Origin: Mobula hypostoma
Taxonomy: Eukaryota
Reading direction: 5' to 3'
Assembly: GCF_963921235.1 (NCBI RefSeq)
Contig: NC_086097.1
Coordinates: 63,366,001 to 63,430,000 of the forward strand
DNA length: 64,000 nt
Below are positions 37,259 to 51,955 of the stretch, piece by piece. The position numbers were made by a program, and so were the translations under genes. The notes under the pieces are model-generated. The model was given only the letters and a program-made list of their open reading frames with translations. It had not been told where the DNA came from and made no database searches. How positions within the stretch are numbered: the stretch's first letter is position 1; each line of letters begins with the position of its first letter.

Positions 37259-37660
37259 AGAACATAGAACATAGAATAGTACAGCACAGTACAGGCCCTT
37301 CGGCCCACAATGCTGTGCTGACCCTCAAACCCTGCCTCCCATATAAGCCCCCACCTTAGATTCCTCCATATATCTGACTAGTAGTTTCCTAAACTTCACT
37401 AGTGCATCCGCCTCCACCACTGACTCAGGCAGTGCATTCCACGCACCAACCACTCTCTGAGTAAAGAACATTCCTCTAATATCCCCCTTGAACTTTCCAC
37501 CCCTTACCTTAAAGCCATATCCTCTTTGTATTGAGCAGTGGTGCCCTGGGGAAGAGGCGCTGGCTATCCACTCTATCTATTCCTCTTATTATCTTGTACA
37601 CCTCTATCATGTCTCCTCTCATCCTCCTTCTCTCCAAAGAGTAAAGCCCTAGCTCCCTCG
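37259..37660 (-). mobile_element. CR1 3' fragment
   Basis: Reverse-complement homologue of about 53718-54110; (AGAACAT)n tail. Confidence 0.85.
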
Positions 37661-39999
37661 ATCCTTCGATTGAGATTCAAACTGTATGTCACAGGCTCCA
37701 GCAGTTTCCATAAAACAAACAAGAGAAAAATAATAAGCAAAAGGTGTAGAAAAAGTGAAATAATTCAAAATATTTGCTATCTGGGGATGTCGCCCAAGGA
37801 ATTGTTGTTTGCTGGTGCCATCTTGATCAGAAGATGTTACACTAATCAACAGTAAGGTCCCCTGTCAAGGCCATACCTATCTTGATTCTCATTTAACATG
37901 TACATATACAGGAAGGTTGTGAGAAAATAATGAGTAGAACACATCCTAGTTGACTTATTTTCTCCATCTATGCTGACAGCTGGAGCAAACAGCAACTCTT
38001 CAATTCGTGCAAATTAATGACACCTGATTTCAAAGACAAAGGCAGCTATCCAACCAGAGTCAACATCAAATGTAGCAGACTGAAATGAAAGCTCGCACCA
38101 TGCGAATGTTGAATGAGTTGTCATGCCTTCAGAGGCAGGTTACTCATTTGAAGAAATTAATTTCACTTCACTTCTCTTCTCAGCTGTTGTCTGAAAGAAA
38201 TTTCCAGAGAAGCAGCATGGAGGTGCAAGATGTAATATGGATACCTTTGAGTATTTCTGCAGTCAGGGATTCATTATAATCCTTGACTCAATTTCAAAAA
38301 CTCGAAGTTTGGCGGTGGTCTAGAGAATCTGAATACTGAGTTTCGAAGCTAGGTTATAAAGATTATATACTGTACTGGACAACTATTTTGCTAATGTAAG
38401 GTACCCAACCCTTGTTTCAACCAATCAATAAAGATGGCGGAAAATTCACCAAACCCAGTAGGTAGGAAAACTTCAAATAACATCATAGGATCTTTGTGGA
38501 CTACATATTTTTTATGCAAATGGTCTGTTTTAATCAAGTTTATTGTCCTATTCACAAGCACTGTGATGGTCCATTCCCAGCTTCAAAATAGTTTCAGGAT
38601 CATTGGTTCAAGCAACTCAGCTCAACGTTACTTGTCAATGTTTGCACTCTGTTCAGTGACTGGGGTTATTATCATCTACAATTTTCAATTCTATAGCAAT
38701 GAATGAAACTATGAAATTGCTAACAAAACAGTTCAGGTATAGGCTAATTGACACTAAAAGTTAAGAAAAAGATTCATTGTTCTGTCACCTCAGCCCAGAT
38801 ACAACAGATTCTTCTGAAATCATATCAGCAAATGTACTGAGGAATTTTCTATCATCAAAGGGCTCAGAAGCTTTATCAGAGAGAGAGTCTGGATCACCTG
38901 TCGCTGATGGAAATAATACCGGAGTTTTTATAAAAAAACATTTCCAGTGACTGTGTGATAGTTTGGGCCAACATTAGGAGAGAAAATAAATGCCAAACAA
39001 ATTTAGAAAATCATTGAAAATCATTAATATAGAAGTGTATTAATTGTATCAATTAAGATAGAAGTGTACTGAATAATAAATGCTAGGAGACAATCTAAAT
39101 TACATCTGTTTGCTTAATAAGGGATGTCTATTATTAAAAAGGCTGTAGATTTTGAATAGAAAGGCAGTGAATTATGATCTGTGCCCAGCTCATGAAGGGA
39201 AATAACGGAAGTAAGAAAGCTTCAGAAGATCTGGGAAGTAATTATATGGTACATATTTTTAGAAAAATTATAACATGCTTATAGGGTAGTTAAGTTTGGC
39301 AAACACTGCAGGGCACAAATAAAGACTACATATTAAAGATAAATATCTTCACTTAACTTGACATAGGTTTAGAAATAAAAGATCAATCCATCCAAAATTC
39401 TTTACTTTCTTAAGATCTGACAATTTTTTTCAAGAAAGTAAGAACACAAATACACATCTTGACCTTACCAGCCAAAAACCTTTGGTAAGGTTTCTCACAA
39501 GAGATTGATAGCAAAGATTAGCTCCAATGTTCCCCAATTTGTGCCCGTTTAATAAACTTTTGAGCATATTTGCAAATAAGTGTGAATCATTTTAGTTATT
39601 CAGTTGTGTTATATTACATTTTGCAAAACATTGGGTGAATGTCTGAACAGTTCAAAATGGTAATTTAACTCTTTCTGAGCTTGCAACATGTAAAGTGAAC
39701 AGAGCAAGCACTGTTAATGGCTAATATTTGTTAATAGCAGCTGGATTTATTCTTAGTCTCAGACACCATTAACATGAGGATGCCTTTTAATGACTGAATG
39801 TCTGTTGGTCACTTTGAGAGCTAGATTGATGGATTCTTTCTTAATGTCTTTCTTAAAGTTGGTTTGATAGATGCTTTTTTTTGCATTTGAGCTTATTGCT
39901 TATATGTAATATTAATGTCCTTTGTAAGTCTAAAGGAACATTTTGTCCAAAACATTGGTGGACTGATGTATAAAGGGTGATCATTAAAGTGTCCAACGA

Positions 40000-40190
40000 C
40001 TAGAAATTAGAGAAATCAATGTTTATGCCATCAGGTTGGAAATATGAGGTGTTGCTCCTCCAAACTGAGAGTGACCTCATCGTGGCAGTAGAGGAGACCA
40101 TGGAATACATGACAGAATGAGAATTGGGTGTAGAATTGAAATGAGTGGCCACCGGGAAATTACAGCTGGTGTGAACGTGCTCGATGAAGC
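40000..40190 (-). mobile_element. Old Penelope GIY-YIG remnant
   Basis: Translation FPVATHFNS...QPDGINIDFSNF. Confidence 0.75.
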
Positions 40191-40789
40191 TCACCTACAA
40201 ATCTGTGACCTGTTTTCACTTCCCTATTCAGGCCATGCATCTAACAGTCTGCCCAACTCTTGGCTTTAGTTGCATACTTTATATGACAGAAATTCTCAAC
40301 TCTGTCTACACATCTAATCACATTCTACTCCCTGGCTCCTCCATCAGAGTCACACCCAAATAGAGTCTATTACCTGTCCCCTACAAAATACCTAAATCCA
40401 CTTTAATGGCAATCTCCAGGATTAATTACAGAAAAGTTTGTGGTTCTCTCGATGGCCTCAATAGTCACTGTAGAACTCAGTGGGAGCAAGAGATATTCCA
40501 TACCGAGAGTTTGCCTATGAAGAAGGATTGTGAAAAACAAATCTGAGTAGCATCATGGTGTTTGTGCTCCATCACAGTTCCAGGGATGCAGTTTTGATCC
40601 TAACCTCGGGGTGTCTATGTACAATTCAAATATTCTCTCAATGAATGCACAGATGTGCAGCAGTTACTCTGGTTTTCTTCCACATCCTAGATAAATGTTG
40701 GTAGTTTATAAGATGAATATCAGAGTTGTATTGTACATGCATACTTTGACAATAAAATAAACCTTTGAACCTTTGAACCTTTGCGGTTA

Positions 40790-41345
40790 ACTGCATTTTT
40801 TTTTGAGTTTTTTGAGGAGGCAACTGAGAAGATTGATGATAGGAAGGTGGCAGACATTTTGTATGAGGACTTTAGTAAAGCATTGGATCTCCAGTTTCCT
40901 GCATGGTAGACTGATCCAGAATGTTAAAGCTCTTGGGATCCAATTCGCTAATTGGATCCAAAGTTGTCTCAGTTATATGATCCACTGGGTAGTGGTGGAG
41001 GGCCGCATCTCTGATAGGAAGTCTGCGACCAGTATGTCCCAGAGGGATTGGCGCTGGGACCTTTTTAGTTTGTGATATATATTTACGACTTGGATGTGAA
41101 TGTAGCAGGAAAGATTGGTGAGTTTCTGGATGACACAAAAGGTAGTAATGTTGTAGACAGTGAGAAAGATTGCCAGAGACTACAGCAGGATATCGATCAG
41201 ATGGAAAGTTGGTTGTAGAATTGGCAGAGTGAATAAAGAAGCATCAATAAGGTAGATTGTTAGAATTCTCCCCCATGGTAAGAGTATCAAAAACAAGAGG
41301 ACATAGGTTCGTGGTTTGAGGAAGGAGTTTTAAAGGGAACCTGAG
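40790..41345 (+). mobile_element. Decayed CR1 RT remnant
   Basis: DFSKA-like, HGRLIQNVK and YIYDLD..DDTK traces. Confidence 0.7.
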
Positions 41346-41369
41346 GAGAGAGTCTCCTTGCTTTATACC

Positions 41370-42160
41370 TACAACCAAGCTCCAATGCTACACTTATGTT
41401 TGCAGAAGATACCACTGTTGTTAGCTAAATCAAAGGTGATAAATCAGCATATAGGAGGAGATTGAAAATCCAGTTAAATTGTGCCTCAACAACAACCTCT
41501 CATTCAACATCAGTAAAACCAAAGAGCTGATTATTTTCCTCAGGAGGAGGAAATTGGAGATTCATGAGCCTGTTCTCATCAGGTAATCAGAGTGGAGAGG
41601 GTCGGTAACTAAATCCTTTGGCATTATCATTTCCAAGCATCTGTTCTGGGACCAGCATGTATCATGACTGGGATGGAAACATCAATACCAATGAACAGAG
41701 AAGCCCACAAAAAGTAGTGGATACATCCCATGCCATCAAGTTCAAGTTCAAGTTTAATTGTCATTCAACCATACACATATACAAATAAATGAAACAATGT
41801 TCCGCAGACAAAGTCCTCCCCACCATTGAGCACATCTACAAGGAGTGTTGTCACAAGAAAGCAAGCATCCACCAACAAGAACGCCCACCATCCAGGGCAT
41901 ACGACCTTCTCACTGCTCCATCGGGAAGGAGATATAGGAGCCTTACGTCAGACACAACCAGGTTCAAGGACAGTTATTACCCTTCAACCATTAGGCTCCT
42001 GATCCAGCATGGATAACTTCATTCACCTCAAAATTGACCTGACTCCTCCGGCCTCATTTGCAAGGACTCTACAACTCATGTCATCAACATTATTTGTTTT
42101 GTATTTGCACAGTTTGTCCCCTTTTGCACATGAGTTGCTTATCCATCTTTATGTGTTAAC
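41370..42160 (+). mobile_element. Rex1/Babar-like LINE, RT to 3' end
   Basis: Traces FAEDTTVVS, NNNLSFNISKTKELII and PSGRRYRSL..TTRFKDSYYPSTIRLL. Confidence 0.7.
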
Positions 42161-42900
42161 AGTTCACCTACCTGGGCACTGTCATCGCCAACGGCGGTAA
42201 GTGACATTGACAAACAACTCAACAGAACCAGCAGTGCCTTCGGGCACCTCCAGAAACATGTGGAAGGACCTCCAGCTGTGTCTGTCCACAAAAATCTAGG
42301 TATACAGGGCTGCTGTCATCACAACACTGCTAGGCGGTTCCGAAGCCTGGGTCTTGTATCATAAGTAAATCCCGTTGCTCAAGCGCTTCCATCAGCGCTG
42401 CCTCCGCTCCATCGTGGGTATCAGCTGGCAGGATCGTGTCCCCAACAACGATGTCCTGGAGAAGGCTCAACTTCCAAGCATTGAAGCCTCTTTGCCGCTC
42501 AGGCCACATGTCTCGCAATGACAACTCCAGGTTACCAAAATCAGTACCCTATGGAGAACTCTCTCAGGGCAAGAGAGATCGTGGTACATCACGCAAGAGG
42601 TACAGAGACCAACTCAATCAGCAGCTCACTCAGGCAAATATCGGGGTCAACTCGTGGCAGCAGCAGACTTGAGACAGAGATCACTGGAGAACACTAATCC
42701 ATAGAGCAGCCAAGAATTGTGAGGAATCCAGAACAGCGACTGCTGAAGAGAAGAGAACATGCAGGAAGGATCCTACTACCCAAGTGCCTGCATCCCAGCT
42801 CTTCCCGTGTCCTTACTGTTCCAGAGTCTGCAGATCCAGAAATGGCCTCTACAGTCACCAACAATCATGCTGTCACTCCTCAGGACTCCTCGTCCTTCCT
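42160..42900 (+). mobile_element. RTE-clade LINE 3' fragment with a C-terminal C2H2-like finger
   Basis: Motifs FTYLG, SAFGHL, RFHQRCLRSIVGISWQDRVPN, GHMSR..SRLPKSV.YGEL..GKR and FPCPYCSRVCRSRNGLYSH. Confidence 0.8.
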
Positions 42901-44212
42901 GATCTTCATCATGTATTATTTCTTTCTATCTGCTGTGAAGGCCTGCAAGAAAATGAATCTCAGGATAGTATGTGGTGACATATACATGCCTTGTTAATAA
43001 ACTTACTTTGGTCTTCGAACTTTTGAACTTCAAGTTTTTGTAACACAAGGAGTGGTTGATATCTGGAATATATGGTGTAATAACAAAATAGGAGGCATCC
43101 TGTAATGGTATGGCAAAATATATATTTTGCAGTACCTTTGCAGCAAAATATGATATTAAAACCTGCTTCAGGTTCAATACTTAACTCCAAGTATAGAATG
43201 TTTTCTCTAAGTGTTAACAGAGGAAATGCTCACAAAGTTACAAGGCAATGTGTAGGGAAGGTTCGGGTCAATGGGCAAGTAACAAGGAAGAGGATACCAA
43301 TAAAGGAACATCATCCCAGCCAATATTCCTCCTCAACCAATATCATTCAGCAGACTATCAATCACAGAACCCACAAATAATCTGCTATATTTCCTAAGTT
43401 TCACCTGTGAGTATATTTTGAAATTGATTGTGACATCAGAAAGGGATTAAAAGGTGTCACGCATGAGTAAGCTTTTTCTCCAGTATTAGAACTTGTTTGT
43501 GGGAACTACAATTTTTCCATCTAGAATGAAAGGGAAGAATCAATACAGGTGCCAAAATGATAAATCACCAAGATTCTCAAGATATAACTGAGAATGAGTT
43601 GGGGAAACAAGCGACTTCACTAATAATTAGCAAATAACTTCAGATATGAAATAATGACAATGTACATTTTCAACAATGCAACATACAATTTTCATTACAA
43701 TCTCATTTTTATTATACATGACAAGGGAGCAAAAATTTATAAATTAATTCCAATCTATCCGTAAAAATTGCTGTATGTTTGTACCATTGCCAATGACAAA
43801 CTTAAATAGAGAGCACAGAAAATGTAGCAATATATTACAATGAAGTTCCATTGCCAGTGGCAGAATATAAATGTATAATTTATCAGCTCAATGTCAATAA
43901 ACATTGTACTTGCTTCGATTCACAATAATTTCATGTAATGTTAATACTTTGACATGTTTACAGGAAGTCATAACTCTCAGGTTCAAATCACCTTGGTAAG
44001 AAGAACTGAATGTATTATAAATAGCAACACTGAGATATCTCCAACTATCTGATTATCATGAAGCGAAGCATTAGTCAAGACTATTATTTGTAGTTTCTCA
44101 ACAGTACGCCTTTACCTGGAAATGTATTTATCAATTTCATTATTGCACAATTTTTAATTATTAATACAAATACAGATTACTAAACCAGCCTAAATTTGGA
44201 TTTTAATTAAAG

Positions 44213-44490
44213 TTTATTTATTTAGAGATACAGTGAGGAACAGGCTCTTCCGGCCCAACAAGCCACACCACTCAGCAACCCTCCTATTTAACACCAGCCT
44301 AATCAAACGACGATTTACAATGACTAAAGTACATCTTTGGACTCTGGGAGGAAACAAATACCTGGAGGAGACCCACAGGGTCACAAGAAGAAAATACAAA
44401 CTCCTTACAGTCAACACTAGAATTGAACTCCGAACTCCAATGCCCCAAGTTGTAATATCATAGTGCTAACAGCTACTCTAATATGGCACT
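44213..44490 (-). mobile_element. tRNA-derived SINE
   Basis: Same family as 22200-22446 and 61346-61657. Confidence 0.7.
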
Positions 44491-45679
44491 CAGAATACAT
44501 TTTAGTTTTGTTTCCATATATACATATGTCAGATCATTACCACATATCAAAAAGAGTAGTGGTCCTAGCACTGATCTGCTTTACCCTTTCATACAACATA
44601 GAACATAGAAATCTACACCATATTACAGGCCCTTCAGCCCACAATGTTGTGCCCACCATTTAACCTACTCGAGAAACTGCCTAGAATTTCCTCAAGTCTA
44701 AAAAGTAAGTGAATTAAAATTTAGGGTTTTTTCAGTGAACCAGACACATAAACTGATTACATTTCTTCCTTCTGTATAGCCTACACTCAGAAAACAGAAT
44801 TCAAAATTCTTTAATAATAATCTTTTCTTCTTAACTTACTTCAACATTTAGATTTTTCATTATTGCTTTACATAAACATGCCTATTACAATATTTGATTT
44901 TGATATTATGATTTCTTCAAGTTTCATAATATTAGCCATATCAGTTTTATCATAGTAATACATTTTCCTTTAGACATGCTAAACGTAGATAAATGATCTT
45001 GACAAATACTTGTTTTTATATGGTTCTCACAAATAATAAAATTGAGTTATCCATTATCATTTTTGAGCTTTAAGAACAGTAACTTCTGGATACAATTTGT
45101 TTAATTCAAACACTTATCCTTATGTTTCTTGCGCTAAGATCATAAGTTTTATTTCTTGTGAATTAAGATTGATAACAGTTTAAAGTACGATTAGAGGGAT
45201 CATCATTCAAGTGAAGATCCTTCAAGATCATCACACATATTTAGCAAAATAATTATGTATAACCAAGGCACAGAATTAATTGATCTTCACAGAAAGAAAT
45301 TCATTAAAAGCTAGAAATCGTTCACTTGTATGTTTCATTAATCTTGATAAGATATAATTTCTAATATTTCTTACATTATTCACTACTTTTGTTGAAAAAT
45401 TACAGTCCCCTTTATCCCAAAGTATGTTTCAGCTTCTAAGACTGTTCCAATATAATTTCTTGACAGACAATGCTTCCATATGCACAATTTCAATGCTGAG
45501 CTACCTTCAATTCATCATTAGTTCATTGAGAGAGGTGTACAAGAAAATAGGCCTAGTCTCAGCAAAACAAAGGCTCTCTGTCAAGCTGCCTCTGCTCTAC
45601 ACACCACCTGCTCATAATAGTTTCAAGACAAACACAGGCCACCTACCTGCAAATCCTGTCAGCCACTGCTCAGTGAAGG

Positions 45680-47315
45680 CAAACATTCATACTGAAAAAG
45701 TGCGAGGCAAACTCAAAGGTCTTAAGGTGGGTAAGTCACTTGGGTCAGATGGACTGCATCCCAGAGTCCTGAGAAAGGTTGCTGACGAGATAATGGATGC
45801 ACTGGTCATAATTTTTCAAGAATTACTTCATTCTGGCATGGTCCCGGTGGATTGGAAGATTGAAAATGTCACTCCACTCCTTAAAAAGGAAGGAAGTCAA
45901 AAGAAAGGAAATTATAGGCCAGTTAGCCTAACCTCAGTGGTTGGGAAAATGTTGGCGTCTAATAAGGATGAGGTTTCAAGGTACTTGGAGACTAATGATA
46001 AAATAAGTCAAAGTCAGCATGAATTCTGTAAAGAGAAATCTTGCCTGTCAAATCTGTTAAAGTTCTTCAAGGAAATAACAAGCAGGGTGGACAAAGGAGA
46101 GACAATGGATGTCACTTACTTGGATTTTCAGAAGGCATTTGATAAGGTGCCACACATGAGGCTAATTAACAAGATAAAATCCTATGACATTAGAGGAAAG
46201 ATACTGGCATGGATCACAGAATGGCTAACAGGCAGGAGAAGCCAGTGGGAATAAAAGGGGCCTTTTCTGGTTGGTTGCCAGTGGCTAGTGGTGTTCCTCA
46301 GGGGTCAGTATTGAGAAAGCTACTTTTCACATTGTTTGCCAATGGCTTAGATAATAGAATTGATGGCTTTTTGGAAAGGTTTGTGGATGATACGAAGATA
46401 GATGGAGGAATAGGTACTGCTGAGAAAGCAATGTGATTGCAGTAGGATAGACAAATTGGAAAAATGGGCAAAAAAGTGGCAGATGGAATAGAGTGTTGGG
46501 AGATGTATGATAATGCATTTTTGGTAATGGGAACAACAATGCAGACTATTATCTAAATGGGGAGAAGATTCAAACATCGGGGATGCAGAGGGACCTTGGA
46601 GTCCTCGTGCAAGACTCCCAGAAGGTTACTTTACAGGTTGAGTCTGTGGTAAAGAAGGAAAATGCAATGTTAGCAATTATTTCAAGGGGAATAGAATATA
46701 AATGCAAGGAGATAATGCTGAGATTTTATAAGACACTAGTCTAGCTGTACTTGGAATATTGGCAATAGTTTTGGACCCCCTATCTCAGAAAGAATGTGTT
46801 GTCATTCGAGAGAGTCCAAAGGAGGTTCACGAGGATGATTCCAGGAATGAAGGAGTTAACGTATGAGGAGCGTTTGGCAGCTTTGGGTCTGTACTCACTG
46901 GAATTTAGAAAAATGCACAGGGTTCTCATTGAAACCATCCAATGGTTGAAAGGACTAGATAGGGTGGATGTGGAGAGGATGTTTTCGATGGTGAGGGTAT
47001 CCAGAAATAGAGGGCACAGCCTCAAAATTCAGGGGCTACTCTTTAGAACAGAGGTAAGGAGAATTCTTTTTAGTCAGAGAGTAGTAAATCTGTGGAATGC
47101 TCTGCCACAGACTGCGATAGGAGCAAAGTCCATGGGTATATTTAAGGCAGTGTTGATCATTTCCTGATCAGTCAGGGCATCAAAGGATATGGTGAGAAGG
47201 CAGATGTATATGGGGTTGAGTGGGATCCAAGATCAGCCATGATGGAATGGCGAAGCAGACTTGATGGGCCGAATGGCCTAATTCTGCTCCTATGTCTTAT
47301 GGTCTTCTGGTCTTA
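45680..47315 (+). mobile_element. CR1 LINE, decayed RT to 3' end
   Basis: Motifs DGLHPRVL, NYRPVSLTS, DFQKAFDKVPH, GVPQGSVL, FVDDTK and ERVQRRFTRM; CR1 tail. Confidence 0.9.
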
Positions 47316-47691
47316 AGTATCTCTTGCCTCACCAAGGCACCCTCTGTGCCCCACACACTGACTTTGTCTGTCACCTCAGAACACACAAACTGAAGCGGAC
47401 GCAAACCAGTCTCAACTGCAGGATTTGTGAGAGCTCAACACAAATGATGAGTCTCTATAAATGAGCAAGTACAGCTACTCTTTCACTACATGAAGCTCAG
47501 GGCAAAATGCTAATGTGCTAAACGAAGGGGCCAGGTGTATCGCAACAACAGATTAATGGCAGGGAAATCTGGCCGACTTAAGGAAACTCCATTCAACGAA
47601 TAGGGTCACCGACCTTGCAAAAAAATTAAGAGTGGGTAACTGCTTGAGCTGTTCTTCTTCGTATTTTAAATGATTTGACAGCATGTGCTTT

Positions 47692-50508
47692 AGACCATAA
47701 GACCATAAGACAAAGGAGCAGAAGTCGGCCATTCGGCCCATCGAGTCTGATCCGTCATTTTATCATGAGCTGATCCATTCTCCCATTTAGTCCCACTCCC
47801 CCACCTTCTCTCCGTAACCTTTGATGCCCTGGCTACTCAGATACCTATCAATCTCTGCCTTAAATACACCCAATGACTTGGCCTCCACTGCTGCCTGTGG
47901 CAAAAAATTCCATAGATTCATCACCCTCTGACTAAAAAAATTTCTTCGCATTTCTGTTCTGAATGGACGCCCTTCAATCCTTAAGTCATGCCCTCTCGTA
48001 CTAGACTCCCCCATCATAGGAAACAACTTTGCCACATCCACTCTGTCCATGCCTTTCAACATTCAAAATGCTTCTATGAGGTCTCCCCTCATTCTTCTAA
48101 ACTCCAAGGAATACAGTCCAAGAGCGGACAAACGTTCCTCATATGTTAACCCTCTCATTCCCGGAATCATTCTAGTGAATCTTCTCTGTACCCTCTCCAA
48201 TGTCAGCACATCCTTTCTTAAATAAGGAGAACAAAACTGCCCACAGTACTCCAAGTGAGGTCTCACCAGTACCTTATAGAGCCTCAACATCACATCCCTG
48301 CTCCTTTACTCTATTCCTCTACAAATGAATGCCAACATTGCATTTGCCTTCTTCACTACTGACTCAACCTGGAGGTTAACTTTAAGGGTATCCTGTATGA
48401 GGACTCCCAAGTCCCGTTGCATCTCTGAACTTTGAATTCTTTCCCCATTTAAATAATAGTCTGCCCGTTTATTTTTTCTGCCAAAGTGCTAAACCATACA
48501 CTTTCCAACATTGTACTTCATTTGCCACTTCCCTGCCCATTCTTCCAATCTATCCAAGTCTCTCTGCAGACTCTCCGTTTCCGCAGCACCACCGGCCCCT
48601 CCACCTATCTTCGTATCGTCAGCAAACTTAGCCACAAAGCCATCTATTCCATAATCCAAATTGTTGATGTACAATGTAAAAAGAAGCGGCCCCAACACAG
48701 ACCCCTGTGGAACACCACTGGTAACCGGCAGCCAACCAGGATAGGATCCCTTTATTCCTACTCTCTGTTTCCTGCCAATCAGCCAACGCTCTATCCACGC
48801 ATGTAACTTTCCCGTAATTTCATGGGCTCTTATCTTGTTAAGTAGCCTCATGTGTGGCACCTTGTCAAAGGCCTTCTGAAAATCAAAATATACAACATCC
48901 ACTGCATCTCCCTTGTCCTGCATACTGGTAATTTCCTCAAAAAATTGTAATAGGTTTGTCAGGCAGGATTTTCCTGTAAGGAATCCATGCTGAGTTCTGC
49001 CTATCTTGTCATATGCCTCCAGGTGCTCTGTAACCTCATCCTTGACAATCGACTCCAACAACTTCTCAACCACCGATGTCAAGCTAACAGGTCTATAATT
49101 TCCTTTTTGCTTCCTTACCCCCTTCTTAAATAGCGGAGTGACATTTGCAATCTTCCAGTCCTCCAGAACCATGTCAGAATCAATCGACTTTCGAAAGATC
49201 ATCTCTAATGCCTCCGCAATCTCCACAGCTACTTCCTTCAGAACACGAGGGTGCATTCCATCTGGTCCAGGAGATTTATCTACCTTTAGCCTATTCAGCT
49301 TCCTGAGTACTTTCTCTGTCGTAATTGTGACGGCGCACACTTCTCTTCCCGGCCACCCTTGAGTGTCCGGTATACTGCTGATGTCTTCCTCAGTGAAGAC
49401 TGATGCAAAATACTCGTTCAGTTCCTCTGCCGTCTCCTTATCTCCCATTACAATTTCTCCAGCATCGTTTTCTATCGGTCCTATATCTACTCTCACATGT
49501 ATTTTACTCTTTATATACTTGAAAAAGCTTTTAGTATCCTCTTTGATATTATTTGCTAGCTTCCTTTCATAGTTAATCTTTTCCCTCTTAATGACCTTCT
49601 TGGTTTCCTTTTGTAAGGTTTTAAAAACTTCCTAATCCTCTGTCTTCCCACTAATTTTTGCTTCCTTGTATGCCCTCTCCTTTGCTTTAACTTTGGCTTT
49701 GACTTCTCTTGTCAACCACAGTTGCATACTTCTTCCACTTGAAAATTTCTTCTTTTTTGGAATATACCTGTCTTGCACCTTCCTCACTTCTCGCATAAAT
49801 TCCAGCCACTGCTGCTCTGCTGTCTTTCCTGCCAGTGTCCCTTTCCAATCAACTTTGGCCAGTTCCTCTCTCATGCCACTGTAATTTCCTTTACTCCACT
49901 GAAATACCGACACATCAGATTTCGCCTTCTGTTCTTCAAATTTCACAGTGAACTCAATCATGTTATGATCACTGCCTCCTAAGGGTTCCTTCACCTCAAT
50001 CTCTCTAATCACCTCCGGTTCATTACACAATACCCAATCCAGTACAGCCGATCCCCTAGTGGGCTCAACAACAAGCTGTTCTAAAAAGCCATCTCACAGA
50101 TATTCTACAAATTCTCTCTCTTGAGATCCAGTGCCAACCTGATTTTCCCAATCCACTCGCATGTTAAAATCCTCCTCAATTATCATAACACTGCCCTTCT
50201 GACAAGCCTTTTCTATTTCCAGTTGTAATTAATAGTCCACATTCCTCCAGCTGTTTGGAGGCCTATAAATAACTGCCATCAGGGTCCTTTTACCCTTGTT
50301 ATTTCTTAGCTCAACCCATAAAGATTCTGTACCCTCCGATTCTACATCACCTCTTTCTAATGATTTAATATCATTTCTCACAATAAAGCCATGCCTCCCC
50401 CTCTGCCTACTTTCCTATCCTTCCGATACACCGTGTATCCTTGGACGTTCAGCTCCCAGAGACATGCATCCTTTAGCCACGTCTCAGTGATGGCCACAAT
50501 ATCATATC
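47692..50508 (-). mobile_element. CR1 LINE (endonuclease part, RT and 3' end)
   Basis: Motifs LGGSDHNMIEF, KSPGPD, PQGSVLGP and KFADDTK; (GACCATAA)n tail; possible TGCTTT TSD. Confidence 0.92.
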
Positions 50509-51955
50509 TGCTTTGACTTCTTATTTTTAATAATTTTCATATTTTAAAATAATTGCAAATGTCTTTAAGTATTGGTCACAGCTAAATCTTCAAAGGGCTG
50601 ATAGCTAAAGAACTATGAATGTTCCACCAATTGAGATGCATGGGAGGTCAAGGATGAGTGTGCCAATGTATCAACCTCTACAAATGTGCTGAGAGTGTCC
50701 CTCTTCCTCACACTTACCAGTTCTCCCTTTCCCTTTCCTTCTCCCTCTCCTAATATTCCTCTCCTTCTCCCGATTTCCCTCTTCCCCCCCTTCCCCTTCC
50801 CCTCTCCTTTTCTCTTTGTCTCTCTGTAAAGAGCTTTAGGGAGAGAAAGACAAGACATTAATAAAAAGACATTTTCTATTGGAGCTCTGACAATGGTCAG
50901 AAGTTCACCGAGCTGCATTGCAGTGCTCCCTGTGTTGCTGCATCCTGGCTCTAAAAGGCTGCTCCTTTTCATTTGGATTTCGCACAGTGTCTTTGATGAG
51001 TCAAGGGACGGTGAGGGGGTGGGGGGGAAGGTGGGACCATGGTGTTGATGCCAAGATGTGGATTAGCCATGATCTCAGTAAATGGTGGAGCAGGCTCGAG
51101 GAGCTAATTTACCTGCTCCAATTCCCATTTCTTATGTTCTTGTGATTTTTTTCTTTCTCTGTATTGTATAGATATTTAAAACAGGGAACATTGAAGAAGG
51201 ACTAATTAGCAGAATAAAGGAAAATACCATAAAATAAAGCAAGGTTAAGAATGAGAATAGGGATCATTTGAATCAGTGTGAGAAAAAAATAAACATCAAA
51301 AGCTAATAATTTTTTTTATCTAATATATCAGTAGAGAAGCGAACTAAATAAAGGAAAGTTGGGTTCTAAAAGTAAAAATCTGTTAAAATACAATGTTGTT
51401 CTCTAAAGGAATGGATATGGTGGTGGAAGTGAACATTCAAAAGCTTGAGAACATGACAGGTTATACTAAAATAGATAAAATCACGAATTTAAATTAAGGT
51501 AACTACGCTGAAGATAGAACACTAAGACTGAATAGCATACATACTCAAAAGAAGAAAATGGCTAAGGACCTGATAATTATCTTCTAATGTTTTGCTGAGC
51601 ATAATAAATATGAAAAGCCTGGAGGGACACCAGTAATTTTTACAAAAGGCTAAACAAATCCAGATAATTTCAAGCAAATTTATTTCAAATTGGTAGCGGA
51701 AATATTCTGAAGATAAGATTACTATGTAACTCAAGAGACAGAATAGCTAGAAGTAAGTAAGAGGGTTTTCAAACAGGATGATTACATTAGATCAATGAAG
51801 CTTTATCAATACTTTGAATAATTATATTGTGGGGGATATGAGAGGAATGGACTGGATGCAGTATGTTCGGACTGTTAATAGCTTAATGAAAGAAAAGAGG
51901 ATAAAGGGATGGAGTAACAAGATGTGTAAGTAAAGGTCAGTTTTATTTCTCACTT

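Noticed and set aside
45424..46254. 276-aa ORF suggesting a host-CR1 fusion protein
   Set aside because: The N-terminal ~85 codons look like chance read-through into a decayed CR1 RT fragment that frameshifts before the catalytic motifs.
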